Of a stretch of 64,000 nucleotides of DNA, positions 25,336 through 39,327 are shown one piece after another. Numbering within the stretch: the first letter of the stretch is position 1; each line of letters begins with the position of its first letter. The notes beneath the pieces were generated by a model. The model was not told the origin of the DNA and made no database searches. It saw only the letters and a list, made by a program, of their open reading frames with translations. Origin of the DNA: Malacoraja senta (Eukaryota); the NCBI GenBank assembly GCA_038087875.1, contig CM075989.1, positions 11,222,001-11,286,000 on the forward strand. The letters are read 5' to 3'. A program made the position numbers and the translations under genes.

Positions 25336-26959
25336 TTAGTCAGAGATGCACACTTTGTGTTTTCCCATGTGTAGTCTAAGTATGACTGTATGGCAAATCA
25401 AATTACTCGTATGTTGCAAAACATACTTGGCTGATAAAGTAAGTATGAGTATGTGGGACTTGAGTGCAGTGCCCTTCTACACCCAAGTCCTACACACAAG
25501 AAAACACAAAATGTGCATCTCTGACATATCTACAAATTTGGGAGTAAAACCACAAACCATTAAACATCTGTCCAATGTTTTTCTTTTACTATCTCATGAT
25601 CTTATCTCTTAAACTTGTAAAGAGCAATTCATAGCTTTCAATGAATTTGAATCTGGTGCTCCTGCAAACTACAGCTTTAAAATTGCTTAGCAGTGCAAAT
25701 AACTTCCGTTTACATGCATACACATGCAAAACTACTTGTGTGAGGATTATATTTTATTTGTGTGCCTGCCATTCAACCTTCCTGTTTATCAATAATTCAA
25801 CCAGGCCAAAGGCAAAAAACCCCATCTTGCCCAGATGTAAGATTTGTAGATACAGTTGTTGCAATTTGGCTAAATAAGATTTAATCAGTAAAATCTCCTA
25901 AGCATGTCTTAATCATGGAAAATCTCCAAGAAATAGAATTAAGGGCACTGAGGCGTATTCAAATCAACGGAGCGATTAATATGTCACAAATCAATAGATG
26001 TTCCATCTCGATAGGGAGTTGAACTAATTGAAGAGCTCTTTCAAAGAGGAAGTACAAAATGTGCCGAATAGTATCCTATAGGATGTTGCATTAAAAAGTG
26101 AATGTTCGTTGAGAGTTGCTGCTGGTCTTTCCCACAAGATATGATACAGCAGCATTGGGTTGTATTCTTTGTGCATTTCTTGATTTCACCATATGCTGCT
26201 CTTGTTCTGACGTGCCCTGACCCTAATAACTCAAAGTTCAATATTTAAAAATTCCCCTTTCAGCAAGGTATCATGTCCTGTAGCAATGGGGGGTGCTGTT
26301 TGATTTTAGTGGGTGGAAACAATGCAAAATCAGGCAAGGTTATATTTGTACTCCTTCAGTGGAAGCAGGTCAGAGCCTCACCAGATGTAACTAGTATATC
26401 ATTAAGGTCTGTCTCAAGTGTTTTGCTTCGGTAAGTAGAGCATATTAAAATATGGGGTATTTCTACAAGTAAAAATATTTGGGATGAGGTCTTTTATTAT
26501 AACCTATTTAAGGTGATTTTGTCCTGCTTCATTTATCATCTTCATATTCACCATTCTATAATTTTCTTTTATTTAAAAAAATGTATCTAATAACTTTACT
26601 CTTCTCTGCCCCTATCCTTTACCACCATCTTCGTAATACTCCTGTGCAAAGAACGACTAACAGCAATTTTACTTGAAACTTAAGGTGGAATTATGATGAT
26701 AGCTAAAAGCTGCAAAAAAACATTTACAGGAAACCTGGTGTCAGAGTTTATTGGACTTTGTGTCCTTATTGTGGCCCAATTTTTTATTGATTGTATTTGA
26801 GTCAAAAGAGTATATCATAGTACTATAACCGAATGGTCTTATATGACCAAAATAAATGATTTTCTAGGAGTCCATATTAAATGGAAATATGTTTATTTAC
26901 CTTGCTATTTGATTATTTGATGTCAATGAGAATGTACAGCATACACCCAGAGGTGTTTA

Positions 26960-27252
26960 GGCACAGTAGCTCAGCAGTAGAGTTCCTGCTTTACAGCGCT
27001 AGAGAACCGGGTTCGATCCTGACTACAGATGCTGTCTGTACACAGTTTGTACGGTCTCCCTGTGATTACATGGGTTTTCTCCGGGTGCTCCAGTTTCATC
27101 CTACGTTCCAAAAGCATGCAGGTTTGTGGGATAAATGGCTTCTGTAAATTCTCCCTAGAGTGTAGGATAGAACTAGTGTACGGGTGATTGTTGGTCAGTG
27201 TGGACTGAAGGGCCTGTTTCCACGCTGTATCTCTAAACTAAAGTAAATTAAA
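26960..27252 (+). mobile_element. tRNA-derived SINE, HE1/V-SINE type
   Basis: GGCACAGTAGCTCAGC...GGTTCGATCC B box; CR1-like tail GTATCTCTAAACTAAA. Confidence 0.88.
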
Positions 27253-28179
27253 ATCCATAATCCTATCTTTAAAGGAGCAATTTGCACCTGTGATTGAATA
27301 GGCTGTGAAATCTCTAAAGATTAAATACCTTTTAAAAAAAAAAACATTCATGGAATGTTGGCAGTTTTATCAAGGCCAACATTTGGTGTTGTTCACCAAT
27401 TGTCCTTGCGACATTGATGACTGAATAGATTGCTGGGCCATCTCAGCGGGTAGTTACGAATTACCTATATTGGTGTGGCATTGAGGTGAGGATCAGACCA
27501 CAGGTTGAGGGCAGAGCGATTTCCTATCCCAAAGAACATTAGTGTGCAGGTGGGTATTGGCAACAATGCAGTGGTTGCATGGTCACCTTTAACCAATACC
27601 AGTTTTAACTGTACATGATTTCCTTGTCTGCTTGGTGGTGATTATTAGTCTCCCAATCAAATCATTATGACCATTTATTATTTTCCACTTCTGAAAACAA
27701 TGCGTAAAGGTTAGTTTTACTCATGCAGCCTCATTAAATGAAGGCACAAACAACCGCAGATGCTGGAAGGGGAAGGGTCTCGACCCGAAATGTCGAATGG
27801 CCATTTTTCTCAACAGATGCTGCCTGATCTGAGTTCCACCTGCAGACTTTTAGTTCCAAGCTCATTAAATGGGGATCTTTGTAACTTCAATGTTTTGGAG
27901 TCAACATTTTAAGACTGTAATGATGTTTGACAGTCAGACTAAGTTAGAGGCAAAAATCAATTTTCCTGGGGTTTGTAATTACTGAAATAATGGAATCTGT
28001 CTCACAATTTGGAGCTTTTCCAATAACGCAATGTAATAAACTCAGTGTTACTATAATTGTTTTCAAATGATGTTAAGTCTCCCTCTGCCCTTTTTTACTC
28101 ATTGGACCCTGTCACTTGGAAGGAAAGTTAGAATAATTTACAGGGATTCAAGATGTTTTCAGATTGTTTCCCTTTGTCA

Positions 28180-28930
28180 GAGTCATAGTCTTACAACAAA
28201 GAAACAAGTTCTTCGGCCCAACTCATCCATGCCAACCAAGATGGCCCATCTAAGATGTTTTGCCTCTCCCACTAATATGTTCCATTTCCTATCCATGCAC
28301 CTGCCGAAATATCTTTTAAATGTTGTTATTATACCTGTCGCAACTACTTCTGGCAACTCGTTCCATATACCCCCTATACGCTGTGTGAAAAAGTTGCAAT
28401 AAGGTTCCTATTAAATCTTCCTCCTCTCACCTTAAACCTATGCCCTCTAATTCTTGATTCCCTTTACCCAAGAAACAGGTTTCCTACATTCACCCTATAT
28501 CTTCCTCTCATGATTTTATATGTCTCTATAAGATCACTCCTCACCATCCTGCGCTCCAAGGAATAAAGTCCTAGCCTCTCCAACCTCTCCCTATAACTCA
28601 AGGTTTCAAGGTCAGTTTATTGTCACATGTACAATTAAGGTACAGTGAAATTCAAATTACCCCCCTAAGTCCTGGCAAAATCCTCATAAATCTTTCCTGC
28701 AACCATTTCAGCTTAATGGCATTCTTCCTACAGCAGGTTGACCGGAACGGAACACAATACTGCAAGTGTGGCATCACCAATGCATTATACAACTGTAACA
28801 TAACATCCCAACTGCTACATGCACTCTCCTTACTGATGAGGGCCAATGTGCCAAAAGCCATCTTCACCATCCCATCTCCTTGCAATGCCACTTTCAGGGA
28901 ACAATGTACTTCCACCCCTAGATTCTTCTG
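28180..28930 (-). mobile_element. CR1 LINE 3' fragment interrupted by a ~60-bp LINE-tail insertion (28601-28660)
   Basis: ORF 28652..28963(-) DVMLQLYNALVMPHLQYCVPF...LQERFMRILPGL is the CR1 RT C-terminal motif. Confidence 0.85.
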
Positions 28931-29029
28931 CTCATTGTGGCTGATTTTATTGTAGCTTTGCAACTGAGATCAGACAAAGTACATCTCTTAAAGTACAACT
29001 CTGTAAAAAAAATTAAAATCAACAAAATG

Positions 29030-30790
29030 CAAATGGTGCTAATCTGAAATTTTAAAAAAAATGTTGGAAATAAATACTCAACAGGTCAGGCAGCAACCGT
29101 GGAAACAGAAACAGAGTTAATATTTTGGTGGAAGACCCTTTATTAGAATGGGAAAGCAAGAAAATATGTTAGTTTATGGAAAGAGTTGGGGAGTGAAGGG
29201 CATTACAAATGAAATATCACTTAAGGTGTGAGACCAGGTTAGCTCAGATGATTTCAATGTTCCACACGTGTTCGTTATTTAGACTTTTTTTGTTTTTTTT
29301 AGTATGTCCGAATGTGTGTTTTAGTGTCTCTCGGTGTGTCTTGTGTGGAGGGTGGTGGGAGGGAAAAGGGGGAAACCGTTTTTCAGTCACTTCTTGACGG
29401 AGAGGTAACTTTTTCCATGTCGCTTCTCCGCCTCTCCTCTCGCGGCCTAACAGCTTGGATTGGAGCGGCCTTTCCCGGAGTCGGGCCCAGAGCTTCAGCA
29501 GCGGGCGCAGCGTGGACTTTTCCATCGCGGAACAGGGGCGAACCCTTGCCGGGGGTCGCCAGAAAGGAGTGCTCCGATCGGTGGCCTGGGGTCTTTGGCA
29601 TCATGGGGTTGTGGTCTGCGGAGCTTCTAGCCGCGGGCATGGCGTGGACTTACCATCCGTAGTCTGGGAACCCTTGCTGGCGATCACCTGGGAAGAGCTC
29701 CGACCGCCGGCCTGCGGCCTATAACATCCTGAAGCCGTGGTCTCCAGTAAGAAAGTGGCCAAGCAGCGGAGTGTGTTCGACTGTCCCGACGTCGGAGTTT
29801 CGATCATCCAGACGAGAGGGCCTGTACATCCGGCCGTCCGTAGCAGCGACTACGGAGGGTTTATGGCCCTGACCACGGATGAACAAAAGGAGGAGAACTG
29901 ACTGAACTTTGTTGCCTTCCACCACAGTGAAGAATGCTGTGGTGGATGTTTGTGTTGAATTCTATTGTGTAGTGTGTGGTTTTTCCAACTGTATCGCTGC
30001 TGGCAAATTCATTTCACTGTGCCTTAGTTGATGCATGTGACGAATAAATTTGACTTTGACTTTGAGGTTAGCTCAGACGATTTCAATGTTTATGGACCTG
30101 GCTAGTGAATAGATTATTGAGGGCTGTTACTGCGATGGAAGCAATGAAGGGGATTCATTCAAGCTGTGAAAGGCAGGTCAGAAATCTGCCGAGACAGAAG
30201 TTGAAGTGCTGATTCTCAGACTTGCATTGGGCTTTGTAGTAACAGTGTAGCATATGGAAGAAAGGTCAGGGTAGAGAATTAAAATGACAGGCAACTGGAA
30301 GTTCAGGGCCACTCTTATGGGCTGAATGCAGTCACTCTGCATAGTGGTGATCTAATCTGCATTTGGGTACATCAGTGGAGATGAGATCACACAGTCAGCA
30401 CAAGTTTGAAGAAAGGCAAATTCTTCAGCTTCACGTGAAACTGCACAGATTGGGTCACCGAATGGTGGGTCAAGACAAGGTAAAGAGACAGATGCTGCAT
30501 CTCCTCTGATTGCATTGGGACAAGCTATGAGGTGGAATGGTAGATATAGAAGAGCAGACCAGGCAGTTGTGAAGGGCATAGTCCCTTCAGTGCTGAATGG
30601 GAAAACAAGTGGGAAAGTGGCGTGGTGGTGAATCTCATTGAAGGTGGCAGAGATTGTGAAGGATGATCTATTGAACATGGAGCCTGGTGAGATGCAGGAA
30701 ATAGATGGGGTACATTGCCCATGGGCTTGTCAGCATGCTGAGAGAGGCCATTGTCTCTAATGGGTATCTGTGGTTCTCAGAAAGAGAGTC
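29030..30790 (-). mobile_element. Old Penelope-like element remnant, split by the 803-bp retroposon
   Basis: Terminal-repeat-like sequence at 29030-29160; decayed GIY-YIG-like stretch around 30330-30450 on the minus strand; a similar remnant lies at 16950-17680. Confidence 0.5.
29262..30064 (+). mobile_element. 803-bp GC-rich non-coding retroposon with LINE-type 3' tail (AATAAA + (TTTGAC)n)
   Basis: 26-bp TSD AGGTTAGCTCAGA[T/C]GATTTCAATGTT at 29236-29261 and 30065-30090. Confidence 0.85.
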
Positions 30791-32053
30791 AATTGGGGGG
30801 GGGGGGGGGGGGGGATTGCAGGAAGAATTGACGTCAAGCTGTATTTAACAATTGAACTTTATATGTTTAAATATCAATGCAGCATCATTGAATTTGGCAG
30901 CATTAACTGAAGAATAGCAACTGTATGGAAAAACTCTCTTTCCCCATCCCTTTCTCATATCAAATTACATGACAAGGAAGCAATTGTTCACTGAGCACTT
31001 CATAAATTGTTCTAAATATGTTTTCCATGTCTTAAAGGCTCCTAAGAGATCCATGAGATATCAACTTTCCTGTTGTTCGCTTGCTGGCCCATTCTAGGTC
31101 TGATCTGGTGTTTCAAAGAGTGTAGGATAACCATTTAAGTTAGGAAATGTATGAGACTCAGCCGTTTCAACAAGAGGGCCACGTTTGTAAATTTGATCCA
31201 GCAGAAATTCTATTAATGCACGTACATTCGAAGCATTTGTAATTTTCTTAGTTCGCAATATTCAACATGGGGTCCTTCATAGGTTCATGTCATAGGAGCA
31301 GAGTTAGGCCATTCAGCCCATCGAATCCACTCCACCAATCAATCAAGGCTGATCTAACGTTCCATTTCAACCCCATTCTCCTGCCTTCTCCCCATAATCC
31401 ATGACACCCTTGAGCACACTAACATGAGTTCTTTGTATGATTGAGTATTGCCTAACAATACAAAGGATTGCAGGGTGATAGTTAATGTTGGTGTTTTGTT
31501 TGAATGGTGGGTAACTGTAACATCATCCCTGTCAAAGCTGCAGTACATTTTAAAAGGTGCAAAGGTTCCTCAGTGTCAATATGTCATCCTCAGAATTTCC
31601 CAATGAACATGGTCCCAATATAAACATAATTTAACTGTAGTTTGAGATATATTTTTAAGTGCTGCATCCACACTACTATTTGTTTTTAACTGTATTGCAC
31701 AAGATATGTGAGGGATTTTTGAAAGATTGTTATATAATGGCACTTAGCCTTTCAAGGAAAGGATACTTGCGTAGTTAAACTTGGATTGTTTTATTTAGCA
31801 TATGAAAACTTTTTCACCAGACAGGAAAGCTCTGCCAAATTTCATGTGTAGTAAATCATTTATACCGTGCCAAGTGGTGGGTGAGTAGATTATCAGTGAT
31901 GCAGCAAGATCCACATTACATTTAACTGCTCACAGAGTTACAACGTGGCTGTTTCTGCTCGTGTATTAGAATATTTGACAAAGGATTCTGAAGCTGGGTT
32001 ATGGAATACAGTGAAGTTCCCTTTAAGGGGAGCATGGCTTTTCTTTTAAACTG

Positions 32054-32151
32054 AAGATAGACACAAAATGCTGGAGTAACTCAGCGGGCCAGGCAGCATC
32101 TCTGGAGAAAAGGAATAGGTGTCATTTTGGGGTTGAGATCCTTCTTCAGAC
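32054..32151 (-). mobile_element. 98-bp Penelope-type hammerhead-bearing mini-insertion
   Basis: 13-bp TSD TTCTTTTAAACTG at 32041-32053 and 32152-32164. Confidence 0.8.
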
Positions 32152-32729
32152 TTCTTTTAAACTGGTGGATTCACTCAAAGGTTAAGGAACAATGTTAAAA
32201 TATTACCAGATGCATGGCCTGGCTGATTTCCAGATCCTCCTCATAATAACCCCAGCTTCATGCCATCTGTGATGACATGGTTTTCATTCCTGGCTCCTTT
32301 CCAGAATAAGCAAAGAACAGCAGAAAAATGGTCAGAGAAGCTGGTTTTAATTTTATATCCAGTGAAACTCATTACCAGATCAGTTTCCATATCAACACTA
32401 CGTTCTCGTTTCAGCACTTCAGGTTCCTCAGTTGGCATGTTGGCATTTGAGATGCACAAGTGACATGTCTGCCGCTGAATTCTGAAAATTCCTGGCACTG
32501 TTCTTGAACTCTCAGAAGCTGCCTCACGAGTGAGGTCTTGAAGACTAGATAAAGACCCTCACTCTTATTGGCGCAACCATATCCAACTTCATATCCATCG
32601 TAACTTCATCTGCAAAACTATTATCAGCAGACTGGCGTTTGCCATCAATCAGGGAATTGTACACAGTAAACTCAACACGAACTACGAGAGAAAAGGAGAG
32701 GTTGATGAGTACGAGTTGTTCAACATTTC

Positions 32730-33310
32730 ACTCATCCATCATTTCACTTCTCAGCCTCCTTTGCTTCAGCAAAAACAGATTCAGCCTCTCCTTAGATCTC
32801 ATGCTCTCCAATCCAGGCAATATCCTTGTGAATCTTTTCTGCATCCCCTTTAGCATAATCATATCTTTGCCATAGTGTGGCATCCAGAATTCCACACACA
32901 CACACGTACGCACGCACGCACGCACGCACACACACACTATTTTGTACAGCTGTAACATGATGTCCCTACTCTTGTACTTAGTACCTCAGCCAATGAAGAC
33001 AAGCGAGCCATACACTTTTTTCACCTTCTTCATATGCCGCCTTCACCTCCCTCCCTACCCTAAAATCTCATTGTTCAACAACATTCCCCAGGGCTCTGCC
33101 GTCAGGTGTGAATGTCTTGCACTAGTTTAACTTCCCAAAGCATTTGACAGAGTTAAAACCATCGACCATTCTCTTACTATTTTTCCTGTTGACCTATACA
33201 CTCTTGAAACCTGAAGCAACCTTCTTCACAGTCCACCATATCTACAATTCTGGTGTCATTTGCAAATTTACATGCCTTCTACTCTCTCTTACAAATCATT
33301 AATACAGATG
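32730..33310 (-). mobile_element. CR1 LINE fragment containing a (CA)/(CACG) microsatellite at 32893-32937
   Basis: ORF 32728..32958(-) MLQLYK...QKRFTRILPGLE...ERLNLFLLKQRRLR. Confidence 0.8.
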
Positions 33311-34409
33311 ACAAACAATTCTTTTTTAATAAAATGGCCTGGGGAGGAAAGAAAGAAGAGACAAACAAAATTCTTACATCAAATTCAACATGGTTTCTCT
33401 GTTCCAACAGGCAGCAAATTCCAGATACTAATTGTTCATAGCACAATATAAGGTTTCTACATGTTGTCTCTGGTTCTCTTTGCACACACCTTCCTGACGA
33501 CAAATATATTGCCATTCCTTCTTGGTCACTGTGTCTAAATCCTGAAATTCCCCTCCCGATATCATCAAGTCATATCTTCACCAGAAACACCACAGCAGTT
33601 CAAAATAATGGCTCATTAAAATCTGTTCAAAGTTGAAATTGTTGATGGTTTCCCTTTTTGAGTGTAATCCCCTCTTGATTTTGACTGAAACCATCTAATC
33701 TCTTGTGCTTTAAGGAGAACAATCCCAATTTTTCTGTCGATGTTAATCCTTCATCCATGGAACTAGTCCAATGATTTTTCTCTGCATCCACTCCAAGGTC
33801 TTGACATCTTCATGATGTGGTTCTTGGATTAGAGTGGATAGTTCCCAAAGGGGAATAAAGTGCAGAGAGATGGGGAAAGAACAGTGTGGGGGACTATTTG
33901 GTTTGTCCAGCAAATGGCTTCTTGTGTGCTTAATGGTTCCATGATATCCACTTGCAGCCTTGCCATGACCCGGATCTCCACAGATGTTGTGTAACCATCT
34001 TGAACTTCCGCTTCAGATAGTGGACTGCGGAATCTAACAATGGATGGCGCTGGTTTGATAACATACCATCCTTTAATAGTATATCCTATTCAGTGAATTG
34101 CCATTTTACAGCATAGTCAGTGGGTTATCACCTTTTTGAAGGGAAGTACAGAGGATGAGGCAGATATTGAGCTGTATTTGGTGCAGTGTTAATTTTGCGC
34201 CTGGTATATTTTTACACAGTTGTTTGTCACCAAGTTGGGAAATGACCTTGGAAATATCCTTTGAAGAAAAGTCCATAGATATTTTACAGCGAAATAGAAT
34301 TATGGATTGTTTCCTAGAGATAACTGATGTGATAATTTTAAAGTACAATTCAGGCAGAATTATATTGGATGTCATTTTTAGTCACAATGTGTAATCTTTT
34401 TTATACTTC

Positions 34410-34770
34410 CAACAACACAGAAGAAAACCATTTGAAGCATCAGATCCATGCCAGTTCCCAGGGCAATCATTAATCCCATTGCTCTTTTCTTCATCTCCCT
34501 CTATCCTGCAACTTGCATGTTTTTCATATGCCCATCGTCTCCCTATTAACTCTTTGTGTAAATTGCATACGCCAAGGAATAATTTACAACGGCCAATTTA
34601 CCTACCAACATACCTTTGGGATGTGGGAGGAAACCGTAGAACTCAGAAGAAAGCCACACAGTTATGGAGGGGACATGCAAACTCCACACAGACAAACACC
34701 CAAGGCCAGGATGGAACCCGGGTCCCTGGAACGGTGAGGCAGCAGCTTTATTACCTGCTGCGACATCGCA
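34410..34770 (-). mobile_element. Older HE1-like SINE
   Basis: TTTGGGATGTGGGAGGAAACCG...GCAAACTCCACACAGACA core in reverse orientation. Confidence 0.75.
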
Positions 34771-35078
34771 CTCTCAGGACTAAACTAGATTATGTGCTGA
34801 ATAACAAGGCTGCTTTGATTACATTGTCCATATATACAGTACATTCCATATGTTAGCCTAGAATTTGGTCTGTTGATATGAAGGAACATTAAGCAGTTGT
34901 GGTACAACAGACCTTGTGGGCATCCTGCTGAAAATTGTGATAGTGCGTGATAATCCAAGACCACCAGAAGCCTATAGTTTAGCAAAAGTCATAACAAGAT
35001 CAGAATGATTCTGAGTGTCTTAAAATATCCCAGATGTACAGACTTGATTCTTACCAGTCTTTATTTTCCCTACCACAG

Positions 35079-35241
35079 CTGAAGGCTGCAGATTTACCAG
35101 ACACGGACATTCCAGTGGAGTGGATGGAGTCACAGGCTAGTCTGCTGCTGAAGCTGATGATGCAACAATGTCCAACACAGTATGAACTTGGAAAGCTTTT
35201 GCAGTTACTGGCTGATGTGGACTACACCTTTGTATCGAATG
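35079..35241 (+). CDS. SPG11: spatacsin exon (~ex28): LKAADLPDTDIPVEWMESQASLLLKLMMQQCPTQYELGKLLQLLADVDYTFVSN
   Basis: ccacag|CTG acceptor, G|gtaaag donor, 163 nt. Confidence 0.95.
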
Positions 35242-38200
35242 GTAAAGATGTTTGTAAATTGAGATCTTTATTAACATAGTGCTTTTCCCCAACTTGGGAT
35301 ACCTTCTAGCACATCATATATACTCAAAGATCAAGTCACTAGGGATGGGGAATTCTCAATGTTGGGAATCCTTTGAGCGGAGTTTCTATTCACATCACGC
35401 TCAGGTGGCTGACCACATATACTAAGTGAATGGGCACATTTCTAGACTCTGCAGCAGATTAGCCTCTCAGCATTTGCTTGAAGAACTTTATACTTCAAAT
35501 AGATTGCTTGTCATTCTCTGTACAAAGGGTTGTAGGCCCAGTCTAATTCTCTCTCTTCATCAGCTAATTCCCTCTGCCTAGGAAGGTCTATTAGATTCCC
35601 TTTAAGGCAAACATGTCTTCTGATTTAGGGAATAAAAGGGACACCTTGCTTCAGGTGTGGTTTCACAAGCCCCAACACATTTGCATTGGGAGTTCTTTAT
35701 TATTATTCTACAATTCTTTTGTAAAATAGGCTATAATACCGTTTGCTTTCCTAATTTCTTGCTAAACACAGAGTTTTGCATTCCGTGTGGTATATCATGA
35801 AAAACAAACCACTTATTGCTGAGGCTAACTGCCTGAGGCATTTAGGAACAATATGACCCATAACACTCGATGTTATTTTTTTTCTTGACAATTGTTAGCT
35901 TCCTGACCCATGTCCGACATTACAAACGGCTCACATGCAAGTTGCGTGTCAAAATGAAGAGCATTTTCTCCATGAAATCTCCTGTACTGCCTTAGGTTCC
36001 TTACAAAATGAAATGACAATCAGGTGCTTCCTCTTGTGTTGGGTAAGAACAGAGCAAGCTACAGCGAACTCTAGTTGTGCACCCACACCGAACGGAATCG
36101 TTTTGACAAAAGGTTGGGGGCAAGTCATGACCATAGACAATGAAGAATTTGGTTGTCAATAAATCGGAAGCTGTATATAATCCTAATACCATGAAGGTTC
36201 CATTATTCCTTTTATCTGAGGGATATTTGGTTGATTCACATTTCAAACACCTTGTGAAATACATCACAATATATCTGTTCCATAAAAAGGTGTCCTCATA
36301 TGTTCCTCATTTTTCTAAACAGTCTGTGTTAGATTTTCTAAACTGCTCTCCTGCCGTTAGATGTGTCTCAGGTGTGATAGCGACTTCAATCAGATCTTTT
36401 TGTAAATGACAGGTTAGAAGACTGTGCCAGGATCATTTTCAGTGGGAATCCGGGATCAGCATTTGATTTGTAATTGCCTGACACTTTTCAACGCTCCCTG
36501 TCATGACCCATGTACCTTGCCGTTAAGCAAATGTCTAGGACGGCTTCACTGTGCTTGTGAATAAAATCTGGTATCAAATGGAAAAATGCTAGGTAATGAA
36601 ATCAGCACACAGCTCCCAGATCAGTCTACATCTGAAGGAGAAGGATGGCATATGGTTTGCATTATTTGTAAAAGCTTTGATTCCTGAACAAGGAAATTAA
36701 TTTCATACAGGATAAACCAGAATCTAATCATATGGAAGCAATTTTCTATTTGTCATGAATCATGCAGGAAGGTGATAGCTTACTGTAACCTCTCTATTCA
36801 ACAAATAGGGTATCATTTAAAATGATTTCAAAGATGTTTATTCTACCTTTTATAGAAGAACAAAAAGCTTTCAAACCAAGTTTCTGCTGAAAGGGAACCC
36901 ATGATGATTAGATTCACCTTTTCTTTGGTTTGTTAGCGGACGAAAAGTCCCCATTTGGAACTTTTCACAAATGTGAAATAATTTTTGATAAGTTACTGGT
37001 AACAAAATGAAACTCTACAGAACGTTTTCCGTGTATTCTGCTAATGAATGGAACAGCCAGTATTTGCAGCTCGATAATATTCTACATAAGTACTCATGAC
37101 TGTTCAAATCTGACTTTGATTTTTGGACACCCTCGACTAATTTGTCTATTTTAGCAATAGAAGTTCTAATTAAGCAGAAACTGCAAGTAATTTAAACAGG
37201 AGAAATTGATAACGATGTTGAGTTGCAGTGTGAACAACCACTGTGCCTAAACAATGCTAGAGAGGACCTTGCTATGCTTGTCTTCACACACCGTCAGTAG
37301 ATGGCAGGCTTGCTGTAACCATTAGCTCAGCCCAGGAACAAATTCATCCATTCTGTGGACCAACATTAACTAGCTGGGTGCTGGATTCAGGCATTTCTGG
37401 GAAAAAGTGGGAATTAGAGAGGGATCAAGACATGGAAAGCGTGTGTGGCAGGAGCAGCACATGGTTCTGATGCGGAGGCAAGAAGTGATTCTGCTGATGT
37501 TTTAAGTAGGTTTACAAAAATTACCGCTTGATCAACAGTGGTGCCATTTAACAGCCAATAATGGTTAAATCAGTGCAAAACATGAATTTACTGGGTGTCT
37601 TAGCTTGTGTGGTGATCAGCAAAGCAGAGATATCCTTTATAATTCAATCACAGGTCGATACTCCATCCCATTGATGGTGATGTCTGTGTTACTGCCGCAC
37701 AACGGTCAAAAACTGTGCCTGAAAATCAGGCTAAACACTCTTCAATTGTTACCCTCATATAATTATACGCACATCACATTTATTTTCACATTGTTACAAT
37801 GAAGGAGTTCTGTAACAATTTTTATAGATATCTCTGATATTCTCAAGGTCGGGTAACCCTATCACCGTCATATGGCATTTTTTCCTTTCCTGTTAACTTT
37901 TTTTTTTCAATTTCACCTCCATTGAAGAAAGTGAAATGACAATTTTTGTGAGCCCACCTTGCAGAAACAAGCAACTGGAGTCTGATAAAGGGTCCCAGCC
38001 CAAAACGTCACCTGTCCATGTTCTCCAGAGGTGCTGCCTAACCCATTGAGTTACTCCAGCACTTTGTGACCTCTTGGCACCTTGAGGCTTTGTTAAAGTC
38101 ACATTGTCAATCCCAGCATCTCCACCAGTTGCCCAGTATTAACTTTGTGTAAAATTTCAGCAGTACATTTTGTTATTAGACAAATGCAGTTAATTGTATT

Positions 38201-38543
38201 TTTTTAATACAGCATTTGTCTCAGGCAGATAAATGATTTTGATATTAATTTGTACAGTATAAAATGATATTTTTAATGTAAAAAAAAGCCCCCTCCAGCA
38301 TTGTTGGACGTCATCAGGTCCACAGGATATTGATAAACGGTGAAGATTTTTTACCAGTTTGTAGGTTGCACCAACCCCCCAAAACTAAATAGTTACCTCA
38401 AAGTTTATTCCACATTATTGTCTTACATTCCTCAGGATAATGGAACATTGTTACTTGAGAGTAAATATTCCAATTGAATTTTGAAATGTTCACATCTAGT
38501 TTATGTTGCAATGCATAATTGAAGGTTTGTCTCTCATAATTAG

Positions 38544-38758
38544 GTCCGGATTTCCAAAAACTGAGCCAACTTGCTCATCTCCTGCAGGAAACATCAATCT
38601 CCATCGATCACTCGCTCTTCTCTGACTGCAGTGTGGAAACCCTACAGTATGTGTGTGGGAATATTCTGAACCAATTGCAGAAGAAAGGACTCTTTGTTCT
38701 GGCAAGGCAGGTGGCAGATCTTGCCGAGCTGGCGGTGGACAGCTTGCTTGTTGATGAG
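38544..38758 (+). CDS. SPG11: spatacsin exon (~ex29): GPDFQKLSQLAHLLQETSISIDHSL...GLFVLARQVADLAELAVDSLLVDE
   Basis: attag|GT acceptor, GAG|gtgatg donor, 215 nt; translated by hand (missing from ORF track). Confidence 0.93.
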
Positions 38759-39327
38759 GTGATGTTTTTGTTCATTTAGTTTGATCATAGGACAAAACTA
38801 TAAATTAAGTCTAATATGCCTTGGTTTTGGCCATATTAATTGTTTTCTCAGTAGAGGGTATTGATGGAACAAGAGCTGTTCATAGATTTAATTCTGATTG
38901 GAAAGTTCCTTAGATTAGAACCAAAAATACATTTCAGGACAATACAAAGTGCTTTACAGTACTGCTTGAAATGTAGCCACTGTTATAAAATGGAGCATAT
39001 GGTTGACATTCTATGCACTGCAAATCGCGACAAATACCAATTGGATACTGACCATATTTAATAACACTGTGAGAGGGATATATATTGGCCTGGATGTTGA
39101 GGAGAGTTGCTCTACTCCTCAAGATAATGATATTTTCTGACTACGTGAGAGGGCCTTGCTTTAATCTACCAACTGGTTAACGGCATTCCTGACTCTACTG
39201 TAGGTTTCACTGATTTGATTGAGTATTGAGGAGGTAACCAAGAAGATTGATGAAGGTAGATGCTACCTGTATGGACTGTAGTAAGACTTTTGACAAAGTC
39301 TCACATGGTAGGCTAGTCCAGATGGTA

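Noticed and set aside
29244-29925. Cluster of overlapping ORFs as a coding gene
   Set aside because: Lies within a TSD-flanked GC-rich retroposon; ORFs in many frames with no motif.
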